Assembly: GCA_017547885.1 (NCBI GenBank)
Contig: JAFYOP010000001.1
Location: 1,500 to 65,499 of the forward strand
Reading direction: 5' to 3'
From: Clostridia bacterium
Lineage (GTDB): Bacteria > Bacillota > Clostridia > Christensenellales > CAG-138
DNA length: 64,000 nt
Shown: piece by piece, positions 16,710 to 24,638 of the stretch
How positions within the stretch are numbered: position 1 is the stretch's first letter
Layout: each line of letters opens with the position of its first letter
Translations under genes and position numbers: made by a program
Notes under the pieces: generated by a model
Database searches by the model: none
Told to the model about the DNA's origin: nothing
The model's input: the letters and a program-made list of their open reading frames with translations, nothing else

Positions 16710-18497
16710 ATGAGCACCAAGAAGACAGAAACCACCACTGCCCCAAAGACCGAGGCAAAGGCAGCCGCAAAGGCCAAGGCTCCCGCAAAGGCAAAGACCG
16801 GCACAAAGGCCAAGGCCCCCGCAAAGGCGGCCGCCAAGCCCCAGCCCGCACCCGAAAAGAAAAAAGCTGCGGCCGGTAAGGCATCATCCCCCGTGGAAGC
16901 AGCAGCGATAAAGGCGGCAGAGGAAGTAAAGATAAACGCTGAGGAGGCAGCCATGGAAATAAAGCAGGACACCGTAGAGAAGGTAAAGGACACCGCTGTA
17001 GAAGCCGCAGAAGAAATAGTTCCTCAGATACCCGTAGAGCCCCAGCGCCCCCCTCTCAAGGTGCTGTTTGTGGCGTCCGAATGTGCCCCCTTTGTAAAGA
17101 CCGGCGGCCTTGCGGACGTTGTTGGCGCGCTGCCTGCGGTGCTTAAGAAAAAGGGAGTGGATGTGCGCGTTATGCTGCCCCTGTATTCTGCAATAGGCCA
17201 GCAGTATCGCTCCCAGATGAGCTACATCACCAACTTCTACGTACCCATGGGATGGCGCAGCCAGTACTGCGGCATTATGACCATGGAAAAGGATGGAGTA
17301 ATATACTACTTCCTTGACAATGAATACTACTTCGGCCGCAGCTATATCTACGGCGAGTGCAATAACGAAGAGGGCGAGCGCTTTGCCTTCTTCTCCAAGG
17401 CGGCGCTGGATGCTCTTCGTCACCTGAATTTCTATCCCGATGTGCTGCATGCCCATGACTGGCAGGCGGCCATGACCATAGCGCTGCTGCGCATGCAGTA
17501 CAGCAATATTTGGGAATACAGGGACATTGCCACCATGTATACCATACATAACCTCAGGTATCAGGGCATATTCGGCTGGGAGCATATGAATGACATACTC
17601 AACATTGACAAGGCCAGCTTCAATTTCGATACCATAGAGTATTTTAAGGACGTAAACTTCACAAAGGGCGCCCTGTCCTTTGCCAATGCCATCACCACCG
17701 TAAGCCCCACCTATGCCAAGGAGATACAGACAGCCCAGTATGGCGAAAATCTGGACGGCCTCCTCAGAAAGCGCAGCTGGGATGTGCACGGCATACTTAA
17801 CGGCATAGACGAGGACCTTTTCAATCCCGAAACCGACAGCAACCTGCCCTTCAACTTCAGCGCGGCAGACATTTCCGGCAAGGCAAAGTGCAAGGAAGCC
17901 CTGCGCACAGAGTTCTGGCTGGATAAGGACGATTCTCCCCTTGTGGGCATAGTTACCCGCTTCACAGGGCAAAAGGGACTGGATATAATCGAATACGCCA
18001 TCGATGCCCTTATGGAAAAGGGTATTCAGCTGGCAGTTCTCGGCAGCGGCGATACCCGCTATGAGCATCTGTTCAGCTGGGCCTCCTGGAGATACGGCGG
18101 AAGGATAGCGGCGCGCCTTACCTACAGCAATTCCATTGCCAACAGGATATACGGCGGCTCTGATATGTTCCTTATGCCTTCTCAGTTTGAGCCCTGCGGC
18201 CTTGCCCAGATGATAGCCCTCCGCTACGGCACTCTGCCCATCGTTCGCGAGACCGGCGGCCTTAAGGACAGCATTACTCCATATAACAAGTTCACCGGCG
18301 AGGGCCTTGGCTTTACCTTTGCCAATTACAACCATCTGGATATGCTGGGCGCTGTGGACAGGGCCATCGAAGCCTACCGCAATAAGGACGCATGGCAGAA
18401 GCTGATACAGAACGCCATGGGCGCTCACTTTACCTGGGATATTTCCGCAGACGAATACATAAACCTTTACAACAGGATAAAGTACAGAAAGTATTAA
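16710..18497 (+). CDS. glgA: Glycogen synthase with a ~115-aa Ala/Lys/Pro-rich N-terminal extension
   Basis: 595-aa ORF. The canonical GlgA start KVLFVASECAPFVKTGGLADV appears only at residue ~117. The preceding part is AKAAAKAKAPAKAKTGTKAKAPAKAAAKP low complexity followed by an acidic segment. Confidence 0.9.
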   Translation: MSTKKTETTTAPKTEAKAAAKAKAPAKAKTGTKAKAPAKAAAKPQPAPEKKKAAAGKASSPVEAAAIKAAEEVKINAEEAAMEIKQDTVEKVKDTAVEAAEEIVPQIPVEPQRPPLKVLFVASECAPFVKTGGLADVVGALPAVLKKKGVDVRVMLPLYSAIGQQYRSQMSYITNFYVPMGWRSQYCGIMTMEKDGVIYYFLDNEYYFGRSYIYGECNNEEGERFAFFSKAALDALRHLNFYPDVLHAHDWQAAMTIALLRMQYSNIWEYRDIATMYTIHNLRYQGIFGWEHMNDILNIDKASFNFDTIEYFKDVNFTKGALSFANAITTVSPTYAKEIQTAQYGENLDGLLRKRSWDVHGILNGIDEDLFNPETDSNLPFNFSAADISGKAKCKEALRTEFWLDKDDSPLVGIVTRFTGQKGLDIIEYAIDALMEKGIQLAVLGSGDTRYEHLFSWASWRYGGRIAARLTYSNSIANRIYGGSDMFLMPSQFEPCGLAQMIALRYGTLPIVRETGGLKDSITPYNKFTGEGLGFTFANYNHLDMLGAVDRAIEAYRNKDAWQKLIQNAMGAHFTWDISADEYINLYNRIKYRKY

Positions 18498-18514
18498 TAA
18501 ACTGCCGGATAAGT

Positions 18515-18545
18515 AAAGGCGGCTGCTCCGGCAGCCGCCTTTTTC
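18515..18545 (+). terminator. Intrinsic terminator after glgA
   Basis: AAAGGCGGCTGC-TCCG-GCAGCCGCCTTTTT. Confidence 0.85.
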
Positions 18546-18677
18546 TGCGCAAAAGTTGTGAAAAACGGTAGTAAAAGTAAACTTTTAAGCAAAGCTATTC
18601 ATTTATCCGTAATATGATGATATAATCTACTTGCGTCATAGTTTGACGCTATTTTAACGAAACCTGGAGGCGGGACA

Positions 18678-19280
18678 ATGGTAAAAAACGTATGTATTTT
18701 CGGCGCATCATGCTCCAGCATAGACCCCGCCTATTTTGACGCTGCATATCGCACCGGCGCTCTCCTTGCAGAGCGGGGCATCGGTATGGTGTTTGGCGGC
18801 GGCAATACCGGCCTTATGGGGGCGGCCGCCCGTGGAGTGCACGAAAACGGCGGCAGGCTTATCGGCGTTATACCCGAAAAGCTTCACCAGCCCGGCATTG
18901 CCTATCCCCACTGTGATGAGCTTATAGTTACCCCGGATATGCATACCCGCAAGGCCACCATGGAAAAGCTGAGCCAGGGGTTTATTGCCCTTCCCGGCGG
19001 CTTTGGTACCCTTGAGGAGCTTATGGAAGTGCTGACGCTGAATCAGCTTGGTTACATTGCGTCTCCCGTGGTGATACTCAATACCCGGGGGTTTTACGAC
19101 AGGCTGATAGATCAGCTTAAGTATTGCGTATCAGAGGGTTTTACCTCTCCTGCCTGCCTTGCGATATTTGCCGTGGCAGAAACCCCGGAGCAGGCGGTTG
19201 GCATGATATCCCAGATGAAGCCTGCAGAGCTTCCCGATAAGATAAAGGACGCGGTGCGTTCTGCCCAAGGAAAGGCGTGA
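18678..19280 (+). CDS. LOG family / TIGR00730 Rossmann-fold nucleotide-binding protein
   Basis: 200-aa ORF. Motifs GGGNTGLMG and LPGGFGTLEEL. Confidence 0.85.
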   Translation: MVKNVCIFGASCSSIDPAYFDAAYRTGALLAERGIGMVFGGGNTGLMGAAARGVHENGGRLIGVIPEKLHQPGIAYPHCDELIVTPDMHTRKATMEKLSQGFIALPGGFGTLEELMEVLTLNQLGYIASPVVILNTRGFYDRLIDQLKYCVSEGFTSPACLAIFAVAETPEQAVGMISQMKPAELPDKIKDAVRSAQGKA

Positions 19281-19287
19281 TTGAAAA

Positions 19288-19665
19288 ATGGCTGAATGGA
19301 ACAACATAATGGTGTGCGTCACAGGGCAAAAAACCTGCGACAAGCTTATTGCCAGAGGTATGGAGCGCAAGGAAAACGCGGATATCCAGGTGGTACACTG
19401 CGTTGAGACAGGGCGCAACTTTATGGGCTCTCCCTTTGAGGGGGACGCTGTGGAGTATCTCTTTACGGCGGCACAGCTGGCAGGTGCGGAGCTTATACTG
19501 CTCCGTGCGGATGATGTGGAGGATGCCCTTGTAAACTACGCCGAGACCAAGCATATCAATACCATCATCATGGGGGCCAGCCCCTCAAACGGCAGCGATA
19601 AGGAATCCATGGAGGTAAGGCTGCAGCGCAGGCTTCCCAAGGTGGAGTTTGATATAGTAAGATAG
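19288..19665 (+). CDS. Universal-stress-protein-like (KdpD Usp-domain-like) protein
   Basis: 125-aa ORF. Resembles an Usp/adenine-nucleotide alpha-hydrolase fold (IMVCVTGQKTCDKLI..IIMGAS). Weak call. Confidence 0.5.
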   Translation: MAEWNNIMVCVTGQKTCDKLIARGMERKENADIQVVHCVETGRNFMGSPFEGDAVEYLFTAAQLAGAELILLRADDVEDALVNYAETKHINTIIMGASPSNGSDKESMEVRLQRRLPKVEFDIVR

Positions 19666-19729
19666 GTTTATATTGCTAACCCAAAGGGCCGTAATCGGCC
19701 CTTTATTCAAAATATTTGGAGGATACACC

Positions 19730-21514
19730 ATGGCCGCAGAGCTTAAAAGCAGAAAAGATATGGATGCCAGCTTCATGTGGGATCTAAAGGATATATTCGC
19801 CGCAAAGCAGGACTGGGAGCAGGCCTGCGCCGCCCTTCAGGCGGAGATACCCCAAATGGGGCGCTTCTCAGGCACACTGGGTACCCTTGAGGGGGTAAAG
19901 ACCGCCCTTGATTATTTTTACCGGGTGTCGGAGCAGGCTACCCTTATCTACCTGTATGCAGAGCTTCTCAAGTCCGGCGACAACGGCGATCCCGAGTATC
20001 AGGCCATGAACCAGCAGGCCATGATGCTGCTGGTGCAGATGGATTCCGCCATGAGCTACATTACCCCCGAGCTGGCCGCCCTGCCCACCGAAACGCTGGA
20101 GAACTACCTCAATGAGCCAGACCTTGCTGAATACCGCCATCAGATAGGCGACATAATACGTGTGCGCAGGTACGTTTTGAGCCCTGAGCAGGAAAAGATG
20201 CTTTCCATGCTTCAGGATGCAGCCCAGACCCCCGACAACAGCTTTACCATGCTGGAGAGCGTGGACATGACCTTCCCCGCCATAGTGGACGAAAAGGGGG
20301 AGGAGGTTCAGCTGACCCACGGCAACTTCGGAGTGTTCCGGGAAAGCGCTGACAGAAGGGTGCGCAAAGAATCCTTTGAAAAGTACTTTGGCGAGTTTAA
20401 AAAATACATCAACACCTTTGCGGCAATGTACGGCGGCAGCGTAAAGTTTGACAACTACTTTGCGGATGTCCGCGGCCATGAAAACGCCCTTGTACACGGC
20501 CTTTACGGCAACGCGGTGCCGGTCAGCGTATACGACAGCCTTATCGAGGCGGTCCACGGCGCGCTGCCCGCAATGGGCAGGTACATCGACCTTCGCAAGC
20601 GGGTGCTGAGCCTTGACGAGCTGCACATGTACGACCTGTACAACCCCATGGTGGAGCAGCAAGACGAGGTGTATACCTATGACCGCGCCAAGGCCATGGT
20701 AAAGGAAGCCCTTGCCCCATTGGGTGAGGAGTACGGCAAACTGCTGGATCGCGCCTTTGATGAGGGCTGGGTGGACGTATACGAAAACAAGGGCAAAACC
20801 ACCGGCGCTTTCTCCTGCGGCGTGTACGGCGTGCATCCCTATGTATTGCTGAACTATACCGATACTCTGGACGATGTATTCACCCTTGCCCATGAGCTGG
20901 GTCACGCAATGCACTCCTACCTTTCCGACCATGCCCAGACCTTCGCCAATCACGATTATTCCATAATGGCGGCGGAGGTGGCCTCCACGGTAAACGAGGT
21001 GCTGCTGCTGAAGCACCTTATGGCAAAGGAGACCGACGAGAAAAAGACCGCATACCTGCTCAATCACTTTATCGAGGGCTTCCGCACCACCCTTTTCCGC
21101 CAGACCCTCTTTGCGGAATTTGAAAAGCAGGCCCACCTTATGGCAAAAGAGGGCACACCTCTTACCGCCGACAGCCTCAATGCCCTTTACAGGGGGCTCA
21201 ATGAGCTTTATTATGAAGGTGCGATGATAGATGAGCTGCAGGATATCGAGTGGGCAAGGATACCCCATTTCTATCGTGCGTTTTACGTATACCAGTACGC
21301 CACGGGCTATTCCGGTGCCGTGACCATTGCGGAAAACATACTTTCAACCGGCGACCCTTCCGCATACCTTAAGTTCCTTACCACCGGCGGCAGTGATTAT
21401 CCCATTCCGGAGCTTCGCATCGCGGGGGTGGATTTTGAAAAGCCTGATGTGGTGGCCCGGGCGCTGAAGGAATTTGAAAACGCTGTGGATCGCTTAAGCG
21501 AAATACTCAAATAA
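19730..21514 (+). CDS. pepF: Oligoendopeptidase F (M3B)
   Basis: Track ORF 19673..21514, start set at ATG 19730 after GGAGGA. Contains HELGHAMH zinc motif. Confidence 0.9.
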   Translation: MAAELKSRKDMDASFMWDLKDIFAAKQDWEQACAALQAEIPQMGRFSGTLGTLEGVKTALDYFYRVSEQATLIYLYAELLKSGDNGDPEYQAMNQQAMMLLVQMDSAMSYITPELAALPTETLENYLNEPDLAEYRHQIGDIIRVRRYVLSPEQEKMLSMLQDAAQTPDNSFTMLESVDMTFPAIVDEKGEEVQLTHGNFGVFRESADRRVRKESFEKYFGEFKKYINTFAAMYGGSVKFDNYFADVRGHENALVHGLYGNAVPVSVYDSLIEAVHGALPAMGRYIDLRKRVLSLDELHMYDLYNPMVEQQDEVYTYDRAKAMVKEALAPLGEEYGKLLDRAFDEGWVDVYENKGKTTGAFSCGVYGVHPYVLLNYTDTLDDVFTLAHELGHAMHSYLSDHAQTFANHDYSIMAAEVASTVNEVLLLKHLMAKETDEKKTAYLLNHFIEGFRTTLFRQTLFAEFEKQAHLMAKEGTPLTADSLNALYRGLNELYYEGAMIDELQDIEWARIPHFYRAFYVYQYATGYSGAVTIAENILSTGDPSAYLKFLTTGGSDYPIPELRIAGVDFEKPDVVARALKEFENAVDRLSEILK

Positions 21515-21535
21515 AAACACAAAAGGAGAAAAGCT

Positions 21536-21850
21536 ATGCAGTACGATGTTGACATGAATGCCATGAAGGCCTATATAATCGAAAAGTTCAAGGCAGAGGG
21601 AGATTTTGATTTCCTCAAGGAAGGCCTGCTGGAAGAAATGGTGAGCGAGATGCTGTCCCTTGACCAGGCATACATGGCAAAGCTTTCCGAAGATGACGAA
21701 TACGACGATGACGACGTATACGATATCCTCTTTTCCGCCATGCAGAAGAAATATCCCGATTACAAGATGTTTGCAATGCGCCTTGCAGAGGACTATCTGG
21801 ACTTTGCCGAGGAGTATCTGGTAAGCGTGGACGCAATAGAGTGGGATTGA
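21536..21850 (+). CDS. Small acidic hypothetical protein
   Basis: 104-aa ORF after AAAAGGAGAAAAGC, probably co-transcribed with pepF. No family recognised. Confidence 0.5.
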   Translation: MQYDVDMNAMKAYIIEKFKAEGDFDFLKEGLLEEMVSEMLSLDQAYMAKLSEDDEYDDDDVYDILFSAMQKKYPDYKMFAMRLAEDYLDFAEEYLVSVDAIEWD

Positions 21851-21860
21851 TAAGGATGTC

Positions 21861-21886
21861 AAAAAAGCGGCGAATGCCGCTTTTTT
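21861..21886 (+). terminator. Intrinsic terminator
   Basis: AAAAAAGCGGC-GAAT-GCCGCTTTTTT. Confidence 0.85.
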
Positions 21887-21892
21887 GAGTTT

Positions 21893-22034
21893 TGCAGGAT
21901 TTCCCTCTCGCCTTGCGGCTCCCGGGCGGGAAAGCCTGTAAAGAAAGAAAACCTTATGGTTTTCATCCGTTCTGACGCACATGTCGTCAGAGCCGGAATG
22001 AAAATCAAGGGGTGCGCCCCTTGATGATCCCGGA
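21893..22034. repeat. Family B structured intergenic repeat, copy B2
   Basis: Has TTTCCCTCTCGCC..CTCCCGGGCGGGAAA, then GAAAACC-TTAT-GGTTTTC, CATCCGTTCTGACG-CACATGT-CGTCAGAGCCGGAATG and ATCAAGGGG-TGCG-CCCCTTGAT, and closes with TCCCGGA. Confidence 0.75.
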
Positions 22035-22047
22035 ATTTATGATGAAA

Positions 22048-22079
22048 TAAAGCCCCGAAGCTGCTGCTTCGGGGCTTTT
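22048..22079 (-). terminator. Intrinsic terminator of minus-strand gene 22093..22545
   Basis: AAAGCCCCGAAGC-loop-GCTTCGGGGCTTT. On the minus strand it is followed by TTTATTTC. Confidence 0.7.
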
Positions 22080-22092
22080 GTGTGCTTACGGG

Positions 22093-22545
22093 TCATTCTT
22101 TGGATTCTTTCAGACGGGCATAGGCTGCTTTGTTTGCAAAAAATAATGCTGTGCCGATCAGGACAAAGGTTCCCATCATAATTGCCGCTGCACCCCATGT
22201 CCACATGCCGAAAGCCTTTTTAATAAGGATAAGCAGCATCAGCAGCAGACTGAAAATCAATCCGCTGATAATATAGCTCAGGATGTATCTCATAAAAGGC
22301 TTGAGATTTTTTTTCTGCTCCGCAAGCTCGTCCTTTGCGCTGCGGTTGGTGTGCTGAAGGGACATTACCGCCGCTTCTATAATCAGGATGATGAGGAGGT
22401 TACCGGACAGCTTTTCGGGCAGCGGCATATATTTATTGATGAAGGCAAGGCAGGGAAGGCATAATATGAGGGACAGCACAAGGTATTCCGCAAAGCCTGT
22501 GAGAAACCTTTTGCGCTTGCTTTTTATCAGATACAGGTGCAGCAT
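22093..22545 (-). CDS. Hypothetical membrane protein (about 4 TM segments)
   Basis: 150-aa ORF after AAAGGAGG. More AT-rich than its neighbours. No family recognised. Confidence 0.5.
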   Translation of the reverse strand: MLHLYLIKSKRKRFLTGFAEYLVLSLILCLPCLAFINKYMPLPEKLSGNLLIILIIEAAVMSLQHTNRSAKDELAEQKKNLKPFMRYILSYIISGLIFSLLLMLLILIKKAFGMWTWGAAAIMMGTFVLIGTALFFANKAAYARLKESKE

Positions 22546-22590
22546 GTGGGCCTCCTTTCTGCGGGTGCCTGTGGGGCAAGAGAAATGGCG

Positions 22591-22771
22591 TATTTATCTA
22601 TACCCACCCACCACCCTTTTAATGTGCTTTTTCCCTTACGGGAAAAAGGGCAGGGTTGTTCGCAAGCCCGTTCTGATATGCAATGATTTAGATGCGTGTC
22701 ATTGACAGCACCCTCGGCTTTTCCGCAGGAAAAGCTACATTAAAAGGGTGGCGGGCGGGATTAGATAATTA
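22591..22771. repeat. Family A quasi-palindromic element, copy A3
   Basis: Arms are TATTTATCTATACCCACCCACCACCCTTTTAATG and CATTAAAAGGGTGGCGGGCGGGATTAGATAATTA. Subterminal hairpins are CTTTTTCCC-TTAC-GGGAAAAAG and GCTTTTCC-GCA-GGAAAAGC. Confidence 0.9.
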
Positions 22772-22830
22772 TCCGTAAAACAACATCGATGACGTATACC
22801 ATGTACACGTCAGCGATTTATTTATGTGTG

Positions 22831-24411
22831 TTAGATATTCAGCAGGTCGCTGTAAACCTTCAGCGCGCCGTCGGTATCGTGTGCCAGTACCCGCTTTGCC
22901 AGTACCTTGCCCAGCTGAACGCCTTCCTGGTCAAAGCTGTTCAGGTTCCATGCGAAGCCCTGGAACATGACTTTATTTTCAAAGTGGGCAAGCAGTGCGC
23001 CAAGGGCGGCAGGGGTCAGCTTATCTCCGATGATGATGCTGGAGGGGCGGCCGCCTGCAAAGTTCTTGTTGAGGTCATCGTCCTGCTTGCCGCAGGCAAA
23101 GGCGATTATCTGGGCAGCAACGTTTGCGTTGAGCTTCTGCTGGCTGGTGCTGCCCTGAATGTCTATGTCGGTGGCCATCTGGCTGTTCTTAAAGCCTACG
23201 AACTGCAGGGGAACTATATCCGTGCCCTGATGCAGCAGCTGATAGAAGGAGTGCTGGCCGTTGGTGCCGGGCTCGCCGAAGATAACGGGGCCGGTAACGT
23301 AGTCCACAGGCTGGCCGAAGCGGTTTACGCTCTTTCCGTTGGATTCCATATCCAGCTGCTGAAGGTGTGCGGGGAAGCGGCTCAGAGCCTGGGAGTAGGG
23401 CAGCACGGCGGTGGTGGGATAGCCCAGCACGTTGCGCTCATACAGGCCTATCATGGCGTCCAGCATGGCGGGGTTCTCAAGGAGATCGGGGCTGGTTGCA
23501 AGCTGGTCTGCTTCTGCTGCGCCTGCAAGGAACATATCGAATACCTCGGGGCCAAAGGCAAGGGACAGCACTGCGCCGCCTACGGAGGAGGTGGAGGAGT
23601 AGCGGCCGCCGATGTAGTCATCCATGAAGAAGGCCGCAAGGTAGTCGGGGCTCTTTGCCATGGGGGAGGTCTCGCTGGTTACCGCCAGCATATGGCGGGA
23701 GGCGTCCAGACCGGCATTCTTCAGGGCATCACGAACGAAGGACTCATTGGTGAGGGTCTCAAGGGTGGTGCCGGACTTGGATACCACGATAAACAGGGAA
23801 TGGGCCATGTCAACACGGGCAAGGACCGCCGCTGCGTCATCGGGGTCAACGTTGCTGACGAACTCAGCCTTCATCTTGCGGCAGCCGTTTACCTGCGCCC
23901 AGTTTTCAAGGGCCAGATACATCGCCCGGGGGCCAAGGTCGCTGCCGCCGATACCTACCTGAACCACGGTGGTGAAGGGCTCGCCTGCGGCGTTTGTGAT
24001 CTCGCCTGCGTGTACCCTGTTGGCAAAGTCGGCTATCTTGCTCTGCTGCTGGGTGTAGAAAGCCCTCTTGTTTGTGCCGTCGGCAATAACGTCATTGCCC
24101 AGCTGGCCGCGGGTAAGGTGATGGAGAACAAGGCGCTTTTCGCCGGTGTTGATGACGGCGCCGTTGTAAAGCTCTGCAAACTTTTCCGTGAGCTGCGCTT
24201 CTTCTGCAAGGGCAGAGAGGGCTGCAAGGATGCTGTCATCCACGGGCCTTGCGCCATAGTTGAAGGCGAGGCCTGCGCCCATGGGAACGGTATACTTCCT
24301 TACGCGCTCTGCGCCGCCTTCGCCGCTCATTGCGGTGGCAAGGCAAATGGGAGAGACCTTGGTGAGGGCCTGATAGGAGGCCAATTTATCCATGTTGGTC
24401 CAGCTGATCAT
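22831..24411 (-). CDS. pgi: Glucose-6-phosphate isomerase
   Basis: Track ORF 22831..24453, start set at ATG 24411 (MISWTNMDKL). Long-form PGI motifs VGIGGSDLGPRA, SKSGTTLET and GEPGTNGQHSFYQL. Confidence 0.9.
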   Translation of the reverse strand: MISWTNMDKLASYQALTKVSPICLATAMSGEGGAERVRKYTVPMGAGLAFNYGARPVDDSILAALSALAEEAQLTEKFAELYNGAVINTGEKRLVLHHLTRGQLGNDVIADGTNKRAFYTQQQSKIADFANRVHAGEITNAAGEPFTTVVQVGIGGSDLGPRAMYLALENWAQVNGCRKMKAEFVSNVDPDDAAAVLARVDMAHSLFIVVSKSGTTLETLTNESFVRDALKNAGLDASRHMLAVTSETSPMAKSPDYLAAFFMDDYIGGRYSSTSSVGGAVLSLAFGPEVFDMFLAGAAEADQLATSPDLLENPAMLDAMIGLYERNVLGYPTTAVLPYSQALSRFPAHLQQLDMESNGKSVNRFGQPVDYVTGPVIFGEPGTNGQHSFYQLLHQGTDIVPLQFVGFKNSQMATDIDIQGSTSQQKLNANVAAQIIAFACGKQDDDLNKNFAGGRPSSIIIGDKLTPAALGALLAHFENKVMFQGFAWNLNSFDQEGVQLGKVLAKRVLAHDTDGALKVYSDLLNI

Positions 24412-24539
24412 GGTAAAATCCTTTCTGTGATGTGGATTTGGGCATACATTCATATAATAATACTACCTCTAATATATTTAAACTGCAAGGAGCTTAAGGA
24501 GCAAAAAGAAAATTATATTCCTGAAAAAGAAAACATGAT

Positions 24540-24568
24540 AAAAGCCGCTCAGCTGCCGAGCGGCTTTT
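24540..24568 (-). terminator. Intrinsic terminator of the DUF1015 gene
   Basis: AAAAGCCGCTC-AGCTGCC-GAGCGGCTTTT. Confidence 0.8.
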
Positions 24569-24595
24569 GATATGGTATGCTGTGTTTTTGTTTTA

Positions 24596-24632
24596 CGTTA
24601 TTCTTTGGTTCTTTTCTTTTAAAGAAAAGAAC
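24596..24632 (+). repeat. Family D module, single-hairpin variant D2
   Basis: ACGTTATTCTTTG-GTTCTTTTCTTTTAAAGAAAAGAAC, 6 nt beyond the stop of minus-strand gene 24639..25973. It equals D3 with the hairpin-b segment deleted. Confidence 0.85.
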
Positions 24633-24638
24633 GTATAA

